Shown here piece by piece: positions 39,817-49,065 of a DNA stretch of 64,000 nt. This stretch comes from Candidatus Poribacteria bacterium (lineage in GTDB: Bacteria > Poribacteria > WGA-4E > WGA-3G): positions 23,356 through 87,355 of the forward strand of contig CBDBFU010000016.1 of NCBI GenBank assembly GCA_965205025.1. The letters are read 5' to 3'. The notes under the pieces were generated by a model. It worked only from the letters and a program-made list of their open reading frames with translations, did not search any database and was not told where the DNA came from. The position numbers and the translations under genes were made by a program. How positions within the stretch are numbered: the first letter of the stretch is position 1; every line of letters begins with the position of its first letter.

Positions 39817-42713
39817 ATGAAACATAATGATGCTGAGTTGATTGAACGTACACTTGAAGGTGATTCCCAAGCCTTTACTGCCATTGTAGAAAAATATCAA
39901 GAACAGATACACGCGCTGGCGTGGCAGAAGATTGGTGATTTCCACATCGCACAAGAGATCACACAAGACACCTTCGTCACAGCTTATCAAAAACTTTCAA
40001 CCCTCACACATCACAACCGATTTGCGGGATGGCTCTATGTCATTACCAGTAATAAGTGTAACATGTGGCACCGAAAGAAAAAACCAAGACTCCAGTCTTT
40101 GGAAGAGACTGACCCTATGGAGTTGGAAGAAGTGTATTATTCAGATTATGTTTCTCGGCAACGTGAAGAAGCAGCGAATCAAAATCGGCGAGCAATTGTT
40201 CGTAAATTACTCAATAAACTACGAGAGAGTGAACGGACAGTCGTAACGATGCACTACCTTGCAGGCTTAACATGTGAAGAGATCAGTAAGTTCTTGGGTG
40301 TATCGACGAATACAGTTAAAAGTCGACTACATCGCGCCCGTGAAAGGTTAAAGAAGGAGGAAGCAGTGATCCAAGAGAATCTTAGCAGTTTCCAACTGCC
40401 AACACAATTAACAGAAAACATTATGAAGGAGATTTCACGTCTCAATCCGGTAACACCTTCAAGCAGTAAACCTCTGGTGCCGTTAGCAGTTTCCGCTGCC
40501 TCAGCTATAATAGTTTTTCTGCTGATAGGCTTTGGGGTACAAAATTTAATTCAGTTTCAAAAACCATATAGTTTAGAATCAGCATCAGAGCAAACGGTTG
40601 AAATCGTTGACACACAACTTGTCTTAGAATCCACTGCTAAACCCGTAGTTAGCAATCAAGTTGGTCATTCTAATGTTCTTAATAAGAATGATGGAACGGG
40701 TCAAAAATCTGATACACCACTACCCGCTGCAGCAGAATCTGATAATGCTGAAAAAACTAAGTTCAAAGGCACATGGAGACAGACGAAGGGGCCCCTACGG
40801 AGGCAATATACTCACGCTTTATGAAACTACTAATGGCGTGCTCTTCGCAGGGACAGAGGGGGCAGGTATTTTCCGCTCCACTGATAATGGAAACAACTGG
40901 ACAGCTATTAATACAGGATTATACGATGAACCAACAGGACGATCCCTGGAGGTTACTGCAATCGCGGAAAAGGGGAATAAGATCTATGTTGGCACGCGGG
41001 AGGCATTATACATTTCTACTGATATTGGCAATACATGGCAATACGTGTCTACTATCCGAGTCCCTGGGTCAATCAGTGGTATTGTGATTCTTGATGACCA
41101 CATCTATGTAAGTACACTACTCAAAGGTGTTTGGCAGTCAAAAGATGGTAATTCATGGGCACAGATCAATGAGGGACTTGGAACAACGTTCCATGGGGGA
41201 TCTCTTAGAGAACGACCCGCGTCTGGATCCTAATCCCTTTCCATTAAAATCGATGTATGTTTTTAAAACTCTCAAGTGTTGGGCCAACACTGGTCGCTGC
41301 AACAGAAAAAGGGTTCTTTCGGAGAATGGTGAATGAAGACTCGTGGACACCTATCAATCCAACTATAATTGAGCATTCAGATGGGGTTAAATCGGAAAAC
41401 AATTCACATGATAAACCGGGATTAAATCCTTCACCTAAGCAACATTCTTCCTCTGATTTACGTGTTGAGTCGTTTGCTTCGATGAAACATTTACTATATA
41501 TGTCCGGTAGTATAGGAAAAAAATCTGGGATCTTCCGGTCAAATGACGTAGGCGACTCATGGACACTCATCACCCCAGAAGCAGTAAAAGAAGAAAGTGA
41601 TGACGTTGAGACAATTGCCGTGCGAGGTGAGAGGCTATACGCAGGCACTTATGACGGTTTGATCTATCTTTCGGAGGATATGGGTGATTCCTGGATATCA
41701 ATCAATGATGGTGTAATGCATGATGAAGTCTCAACAGTGTTACCAATCAATGATAATACTGTCTTCATGGGCACATCAGGAAATGGAGTCTTTCGCACAA
41801 CAGATGCTGGGAATTCTTGGGTAGAATGCAACACTGGCATAATAAATACATCTGTCAGCAAATTAGAGGTTATTGGTGATAAACTATACACTTTTGTTGG
41901 TAATAAGATTGTCTATTCTGCTGACGGTGGAGAGACATGGCTGCCTGTAAACGAGTCCTTCGAAGCAGAGCAAATTTGCTTACTTTTCTACAACCTTTTG
42001 TGTATCAGATGGAGAGCTCTACATTGGTGCTTGCTTTGATAAATATCTCGCGTCACATCCGACATATCCTGATGATGAGGGGTGGGGTGTTTATAGGTTG
42101 AATAGAGAAAACAACACTTTGGTTAAACTATTCACAGATATGAACTTGCCTTTAATTGAAAGTATAGATGTAGTTGGCAATACATTTTATATGGGCACAA
42201 TGGTTAGTGGGGTCTTCCAGTGGGAATCAGAAAATGGGTCTTACCAAACTTGGTTTGGAACATGACCATATCTGGATACTGTCTGCAAATGGTGAGTACG
42301 TGATTGCGGGTACTGGAGATAGTGAAATCTACCGTTTTAAAGAGAACCGTTGGGAGCCTATTCACACTGCAGAAATGATTGATGGCGGTTTTTTGTCTGA
42401 TCTCAAGTGGGTTGGTTCAACGCTATATGCAACCTTAGTGAACAAAGGGATATTTCGTTCCAAGGATGGAGGCGATACTTGGACATCCATCAACGATGGT
42501 CTGGATGAAACATCTGCCACATCAATCGGAACAGATGGTACTGAGGTGTATGTCAGCACATTTACAGGTATTTTCCAATGGATAGAAGATAAACAGCATT
42601 GGAAGTCGATTGGTTCCGTTACCCAACAGATTGCATCTTTAGCAGTATTTGACGGTTTTATTTACGCTGGAACTTTCGGTAGCGGCGTGTATAAGATTCG
42701 GATTGAACAATAA
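39817..42713 (+). pseudogene. ECF sigma-TM-BNR/beta-propeller fusion 1, broken by about 4 frameshifts (possibly assembly errors)
   Basis: sigma2/sigma4 regions (AQEITQDTF, FAGWLY, NTVKSRLHRAR) and a TM helix. SxDxGxxW repeats are spread over ORFs 40661, 41257 and 42174. Confidence 0.8.
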
Positions 42714-42946
42714 TACCATTTCTAATTGAAAATGTCTCTTTTTTTTGTACCACAAACTTTATGATGTTTAAGAAAATATTTCGGTAAATATGCTGAAAAA
42801 TTCGGTGCGGTTAGGAAACCGCACCTACCGGGTTTTAGAAATATGAAAATTACCGAATTTAAAAGTTAATCTTCATTCAGTTTGTGTCCTGAAAAATGAC
42901 TACCATAATAACCGCCTAATGAGACAATAATTTATAGAAATGGTAT
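42713..42946. mobile_element. MITE with ATACCATTTCTA ends and TA duplication (IS630-like), carrying nested repeats
   Basis: TA|ATACCATTTCTA ... TAGAAATGGTAT|TA. Related ends at about 18667, 54538 and 61314. Confidence 0.6.
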
Positions 42947-43243
42947 TATAACATTCGCTTAGCAACATATCATTTTCTCTCCCCCAATAAAAACCAATTT
43001 CTTCCCTTTTTACACCATCTTTTCGTTCTTTTCACTAAAACTCCAATTTTTTTCTCAAATAATTGCAATTTTTTTCAAAAAGTGCAATTATTGCCCTCAA
43101 AAATGTGTCTATATATTAAAAGATATTAAAAGAACAACTGGTGCAAAGTGTCCATTAATTCAAAAATCTACCTTAAATATGTATAAGGGTGGGAAGTCTC
43201 ATGGCATAATGTCCAAATGACCTAAAAAGAAAAGGATGGCATA

Positions 43244-43957
43244 ATGATGATGAAAATGGTTTTTCTAATATCTCATAGATTTATCGTTTTGTGTTTACTC
43301 ATTCTTTGTAATGTGCTATTTACTCATTCAGTATCTGCCGATACTCTACAGTGGGATTTTAATTTTAAGAGAAATGTCAAGGACTGGGAAGTTGCCAACG
43401 GCATGTGGCAAGTCAAAAATGGTGTCTATCAGGTTTTAAAAGGGGGTTTAGACCATTCTGTCGTTGGTGAAGAAGGTTGGGATAACTATACTATTGAAGC
43501 GAGAGTTAGAATTGATGAGGGCGGCTGGGCAGGTATTGTGTTCCGCGCAATAGATGAAAATCAGTACTATGTCTACTTTCTCAACACACAGTTTGGCATA
43601 ATGCAACTATATCGACAAGAAACCCTACCTCCTAACGCAGTCGATCATGGGGGAGGAGGTGCCAAAGAAAGGCTTGAGGAGACGATTCGTCCTATTGGCA
43701 ATATCAAGATCGTGAATGGCAAATGGTTTGATATGAAAGTAAAAGTTGAAGGTGCCACATTTAGGTTGTACCTTAATAATAGATTTCAGATAGAACACAG
43801 TAATCACAGATACAAAACGGGTAAAGTCGGTGTATGGGTACGGAAAACTGCAGCAAGTTTTGATGATTTCACTGTTTCTGGTAAAAACATAACGCTGGCT
43901 GTGTACCCAAACCGAAAACTAACAACGACCTGGGGACTTATCAAAATCAATCGTTAG
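43244..43957 (+). CDS. secreted DUF1080 (LamG-like) protein with C-terminal sorting-like motif, copy 1
   Basis: WDNYTIEARVR, AGIVFRA, W..MKV.V.G, GKVGVW, ASFDDFTV. C-terminus AVYPNRKLTTTWGLIK. Confidence 0.8.
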   Translation: MMMKMVFLISHRFIVLCLLILCNVLFTHSVSADTLQWDFNFKRNVKDWEVANGMWQVKNGVYQVLKGGLDHSVVGEEGWDNYTIEARVRIDEGGWAGIVFRAIDENQYYVYFLNTQFGIMQLYRQETLPPNAVDHGGGGAKERLEETIRPIGNIKIVNGKWFDMKVKVEGATFRLYLNNRFQIEHSNHRYKTGKVGVWVRKTAASFDDFTVSGKNITLAVYPNRKLTTTWGLIKINR

Positions 43958-44002
43958 TTACTTGATTCATGCAAACATCCAAAAAAAGAAAAGGATGGCA
44001 TA

Positions 44003-44713
44003 ATGATGATGAAAATGGTTTTTCTAATATCACATAGATTTATCGTTTTGTGTTTACTCATTCTTTGCAATGTGCTATTTACTCTTTCAGTATCTGCCGA
44101 TACTCTACAGTGGGATTTTAATTTTAAGAGAAATGCCAAGGACTGGGAAGTTGCAAACGGCATGTGGCAAGTCAAAAATGGTGTCTATCAGGTTTTAAAA
44201 GGGGGTTTAGACCATTCCGTCGTTGGTGAAAAAGAATGGGGTGACTACACTATTGAAGCGAAAGTTCGAATTGATGAGGGCAGCTGGGCAGGTATTGTGT
44301 TCCGCGCAATAGGTGAAGCGCAATACTACGCCTACCGTCTCAACACACAGTTTCGCACAATGCAACTGTATCGATATAAACCTGTACCTCCTGACGCAGT
44401 CGATCTAGGTTGGGGTGCCGTAGAAAGGCTTGAGGAGACGATTCGTCCTGTTGGCAATATCGAGATCGTGAACGGCAAGTGGTTCGACATGAAAGTAGAG
44501 GTTGAAGGGGACACCTTTAAGTTGTACCTTAATAATAAACTTCAGAAAGAACACAGTAATCACAGATACAAAACGGGTAAAGTCGGTGTATGGGCAGGGC
44601 AAACTGCAGCAAGTTTTGATGATTTCACTGTTTCTGGTAAAAATATTTCGCTGGCTGTGGACCCAAACCGAAAACTGTCAACGACCTGGGGACGTATCAA
44701 AATCAATCGTTAG
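44003..44713 (+). CDS. secreted DUF1080 (LamG-like) protein, tandem copy 2
   Basis: Tandem duplicate of 43244..43957 including the RBS region. C-terminus AVDPNRKLSTTWGRIK. Confidence 0.8.
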   Translation: MMMKMVFLISHRFIVLCLLILCNVLFTLSVSADTLQWDFNFKRNAKDWEVANGMWQVKNGVYQVLKGGLDHSVVGEKEWGDYTIEAKVRIDEGSWAGIVFRAIGEAQYYAYRLNTQFRTMQLYRYKPVPPDAVDLGWGAVERLEETIRPVGNIEIVNGKWFDMKVEVEGDTFKLYLNNKLQKEHSNHRYKTGKVGVWAGQTAASFDDFTVSGKNISLAVDPNRKLSTTWGRIKINR

Positions 44714-44779
44714 TTACTTGATTTATGCAAACATCCACTCCAAAACGCTGAAATGATATCTCTGGAAGGTTTTTTAAGT

Positions 44780-45281
44780 ATGATACGAGATTTTTTCACC
44801 GATTATCATAGCACTGTTTATTTTCGCTGCTGTTCAGATATCAGTGATAGCTGTGAATAATAATGGAACAAGTCACAATCCATTTGAATTTGGTAGATAT
44901 TCAGGGATAAGCCGCTATGCCAGCGATACAGATAGCCCTTTAAGTTCATGGGCGTGCACTGGGATTTTTAGCCGCTCCGCAGATGAAGACTTGGGTCTAC
45001 AACTCATATTTAATTGGTCAGCATCCGCAGGAGTTTATTGTTGGGATAGCAATTATCGAGGCAGTTACGATATGTGTGCTGAGATTTTGACATTTTATCG
45101 AACAGGTGGTAGTGATTTTGTAGGTGAAGTCAGCGAATATGTGGGTTTTTATGTACAAATGGAACCACCGCCAGAAAACGTCCGTTTGGAAATAGAAGAT
45201 TGCAGTTCGTATGGGGACATTGATGGCGAAAACCAGATAAACGGTAATGCGCGAAGTTCGCGTTCTGAGATACCATTCTAA
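44780..45281 (+). CDS. secreted hypothetical protein, apparent +1 frameshift in T6 at ~44791
   Basis: Removing one T restores the signal peptide MIRDFSPIIIALFIFAAVQISVIA in frame with ORF 44844..45281. Confidence 0.5.
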
Positions 45282-45909
45282 TTATTACATGTGTCCTGCG
45301 CGGAGACGTAAAACCCGCGCACAAATACCGTAAAATCTATAGGTCAGGTTGAGTTTTGCGAAATTCAAAATTGTAAAAGACGGTAAAATAATCGGATATT
45401 TGACAGTCAATAGTTATAAAACCAGTAGGGTAAACCCGTTTTTACTTAAGGCTATCTTCGGGGAAGAATAATCTTAAGTAAGAGGCGGATGTACCCAAAA
45501 AACTACCTCTTACATCCATTCTGAGAAAAGAAAATGAGGATATATTATTAATACCTTCGCCAATTATCTGAGTTATAGTTGAATAGTTTCATAGTGAATA
45601 AGACCACTTGTTCAGAAAAGTTCCGAGATTTCAGTATAAAATAACCTCAGGTTTTTGCGTAGGTCATTTTATTCCTATATAGACCAAATTTCACACAATC
45701 GAGTTTATGGTGGATATTGAATGACAGTTTATACTATAACACTGATTAGAATCCAAGGTTTCTTTCTACTGGACAAGTAGCAACTTAGATTGACTTATGA
45801 AACATCAACCATTTTGGGGGAAGGTATTGTAACTATAAAGGGTAGTATTTTATTGTAAATTAAAATTAATGGTTAGTATTTTCCTTGAGTAGTAATTTGG
45901 AGGTATAAG

Positions 45910-46707
45910 ATGTTTGGCTATATTCTCACCAATAAATGGGTTATTGGTGGTTTTAGTTTCCTGACTGTTTTTGCTGTTGCGTGTGTATTTTGGTATCAAT
46001 ACGATACAGCACCTTACAGAAAAGCAGCAGCCGAAGCTAAGAAATTACTCCGCCTATCGGAAATACCCCAAAAAGTGGATACAAAAAGCGAGGTGACCGA
46101 TGTATCTGCGGATAGCCGAACCCCAACTGCAGAGAAACCGATAACACAGGACTCAATTGAAAGTATGGTGAAGAACACCGTCCGAGAAGAGACCAATTCA
46201 AATCTGACAGAACAAATTTCAAATACTTCAAATGCTCAGGAGCACCTCTCACCACACGGATTCGGAGCGTTCCCTGATGTCCCAGAAGAATTTATTTCAT
46301 CTGTCTGGGCACCTTCATGGGTTGAAGCTGAAATAACAGGAAGAGCCGCAGCTGAAAGAGAGATAGAACTAATTGAACGGGTTATGGTTAAACTATGGAA
46401 AAATGGGCATACCACAATTGAAAGTGGTTTTTTTCAAAATGGAAAGGTTTACGTTCACTATAAAAACAGAGCGTACGTCACCTATGACACAATGATCCAT
46501 CCAAGAACTGGGGAAGAAGTCCGTTTCCTAACGTCTTGGAGTTCTGGAAGTCTTCCATCTCCTTTTGAGAACAATATGCCTAATCCTCAAAACCCGTTTG
46601 CCCTATTAGATGCAATCAATGAAGTTCCATCCAATGCAGAGTTAATTGACCTAAACAAAGAAGATCCAGGAATTGATCCCTATACATTTTTAGGGTTCAA
46701 CAACTAA
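45910..46707 (+). CDS. N-terminally anchored hypothetical protein
   Basis: GGAGG RBS, TM helix, low-complexity linker, SPHGFGAFPDVP motif. Confidence 0.7.
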   Translation: MFGYILTNKWVIGGFSFLTVFAVACVFWYQYDTAPYRKAAAEAKKLLRLSEIPQKVDTKSEVTDVSADSRTPTAEKPITQDSIESMVKNTVREETNSNLTEQISNTSNAQEHLSPHGFGAFPDVPEEFISSVWAPSWVEAEITGRAAAEREIELIERVMVKLWKNGHTTIESGFFQNGKVYVHYKNRAYVTYDTMIHPRTGEEVRFLTSWSSGSLPSPFENNMPNPQNPFALLDAINEVPSNAELIDLNKEDPGIDPYTFLGFNN

Positions 46708-46760
46708 ATTTGTATTATATAAGTAATATTGAGTAAGACATCAGGATAAGGAGAAAATCC

Positions 46761-47405
46761 ATGAAACAAAAGTTTCTCTTTCGCTTGCTTTTTATCTTAA
46801 CCGTCACAGTTCTGATTAATGATGGAGGTACACATATTCTTCCGATGCAACAAGGCACATTTCAGACACCAGGTGGAATAGTATATTACGGCATTGACGG
46901 TGACGAAGCATCCGATGAGCACCCTAGCGTTTCAAGTGCTTGCGCGGGAATGAAAACCTATGTTAGAAATAATGAAAGCGATACTATACTTGTTGATTTT
47001 AGTGATAGTTCAAACAATTACACCTTAACAATTCACGGTATAGGAGGAGTTAAAAGCAGTAGAGTTCCGGTAGTTATTATCGACGAAGATGGTAATGCAG
47101 AGACGTACAATCTAGTTCCTGAAGGTGAATATGAACTGGAATCCAAAATATATTATAGGAATGATCAGGGGGAACGGTCTCTTTGGGTGATTGGGTGGAA
47201 CTCATCCGAGAAGAAGAGAAAATATAAAGGGGAAGATACCTTTTATACAAGTGTTTGGTTCAGCACAACGGGTGAAGGTGGAGTAAACGAACGTAACCCA
47301 GATGCCTATATTTTCTGGATTGATGCAAATATAGATAACAACGCAATGCTTGCATTACCAAACAATAATTTTGTTGATAGTGCTTTTACCGATGTAAATT
47401 TTTAG
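46761..47405 (+). CDS. secreted hypothetical protein (paralogue of the next gene)
   Basis: AAGGAG RBS and MKQK signal peptide. Shares AS..HPS.S, G.G.VK.S, L.PEG.Y, IYY.ND..E.SLWV with 47523..48194. Confidence 0.7.
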   Translation: MKQKFLFRLLFILTVTVLINDGGTHILPMQQGTFQTPGGIVYYGIDGDEASDEHPSVSSACAGMKTYVRNNESDTILVDFSDSSNNYTLTIHGIGGVKSSRVPVVIIDEDGNAETYNLVPEGEYELESKIYYRNDQGERSLWVIGWNSSEKKRKYKGEDTFYTSVWFSTTGEGGVNERNPDAYIFWIDANIDNNAMLALPNNNFVDSAFTDVNF

Positions 47406-47522
47406 CAACTTAACCAAATAGATACTTAATTTCTTATTTTAAGAAGAATTCATTTTATTCATTATAAGTAATGACTGTTAGTTTGAAACATCTATGTTAT
47501 ATCAGAAACAAGGAGAAATTCT

Positions 47523-48194
47523 ATGAAACAAAAACATAATTTTCACTTACTTTTCACTTTATTCTTATTCGCAATATTTCTTATTACTGAAGGAAAGTCG
47601 CATATAGTTAATCAGGAAGATAATATATATGTTAATGGTAGTGAGATAACTTACTACGCTTTTGCTGACAACGCGGCATCGGCACTTCATCCCAGCCTTT
47701 CAACTTACGCGTCTGCATCAGAAACTGTAGGTATAAGTCTGCATTTTGATGATCCTGAAACTACGGTGGTCAGCGGAAGTACAATGCAGGATCTCTTACT
47801 TCGATTCCGGGAATATTTATATCTTAATGGTTATGGATCAGTAAAAGCATCGTCAATTTACGTAGTTTATACAGATAAAGATAGTGGAAAACAAACTACT
47901 AAACTTTTAATCCCAGAAGGTTACTATGACATGTCCGCCATAATTTATTACACGAATGATCGTAACGAAGAGTCTTTATGGGTGACAGGGAATTGGAGTA
48001 AACCGGGGTCAACCGATGGTTTTACCTATTACAAAGGTTCATTGGAAAATCATGTAGTTGTCTCATACCTCACCACTGGAAGCGAAACCGACCCATCTAG
48101 CTACAGAGTCTATTCCAATACATGGATCGGGAACTCAGCAGGAATTTCAATGGGTGTGGGACACCAATCAGCATCAAGCACAGTCGAAACTTAG
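47523..48194 (+). CDS. secreted hypothetical protein (paralogue of the previous gene)
   Basis: AAGGAG RBS, MKQK signal peptide, shared motifs as listed for 46761..47405. Confidence 0.7.
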   Translation: MKQKHNFHLLFTLFLFAIFLITEGKSHIVNQEDNIYVNGSEITYYAFADNAASALHPSLSTYASASETVGISLHFDDPETTVVSGSTMQDLLLRFREYLYLNGYGSVKASSIYVVYTDKDSGKQTTKLLIPEGYYDMSAIIYYTNDRNEESLWVTGNWSKPGSTDGFTYYKGSLENHVVVSYLTTGSETDPSSYRVYSNTWIGNSAGISMGVGHQSASSTVET

Positions 48195-48458
48195 TAGATC
48201 AATCTAAGCAGGTTCCACATCTTAAACTGGTGACTGCTTATACAAGAATGAGATGTCCATAATCAGAACTGTGGTAATACGCTATCACAACGCTTAGGTT
48301 CGTTGGTTTACCGTTGGGTTTTTGGTCAAGGTTGAGGGTATTCTCCTTAGGATTACCTGACAGAAGTGTTTTGTGTCAAAAACGCGTCGGTTGTGATGAC
48401 TTTGCACTCCTCACATTCTATAGAAGCAACTTGAGAAAAGGAGATTTAGCAATACACC

Positions 48459-48641
48459 ATGTCATTCATTTTAGCACTCTTTTACTTTATCCTGTGCGTG
48501 ATAAACCTCATCTACAATGTCTTTGTAGAGAAATATACCAACGGACTTGAAGCAATACTCGTAATGGGAATAACTCCAATCGGTATCTATTTGTCTTGGA
48601 CTGTTATGTCCAGTAGTTTTAAAAATGAAAAATTAAGGTAA
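48459..48641 (+). CDS. small two-TM hypothetical protein
   Basis: 60-aa ORF with two hydrophobic segments, 3 nt before the next gene. Confidence 0.4.
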   Translation: MSFILALFYFILCVINLIYNVFVEKYTNGLEAILVMGITPIGIYLSWTVMSSSFKNEKLR

Positions 48642-48644
48642 AAT

Positions 48645-48926
48645 ATGAACACTAACCAACGATTCGCAAAAATGGGCTTGGATCTACTGAAAGAATCCGT
48701 ATATGATGTTCTATATCATGCGCAAAACGAAAAACCTTTATTACCTGAAGAAATCAGAAAACGTCTCAATATTCCTAAGGTAAAAGAATCACATGACAGA
48801 AGTAATACCCTTATTTTCGGTATTCTGTATCAGTTGAGAAGTGAGGGGCGTGCGGAAGATGTACGGGAAGACGGGAATAGAGCATATACGCCGTATAGAT
48901 GGAAAATTGTTGAGCTTAATGAATAA
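48645..48926 (+). CDS. small hypothetical protein, possible winged helix
   Basis: AAGG RBS. Pattern V..VL....PL...EIRKRL...ILYQL..EG.....W.I. Confidence 0.55.
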   Translation: MNTNQRFAKMGLDLLKESVYDVLYHAQNEKPLLPEEIRKRLNIPKVKESHDRSNTLIFGILYQLRSEGRAEDVREDGNRAYTPYRWKIVELNE

Positions 48927-49065
48927 CAAACCCAGTACGTAGTTGTGCAATTCATTAAAATCCTTGACTTTAAAGATAGATTCTCTTCACAATTTATAAC
49001 AATCAAGGAACAAACTGATCCGTGTAAAAAATGTAACGTTTTCCAATTTGTTTGAGAGATATCCA

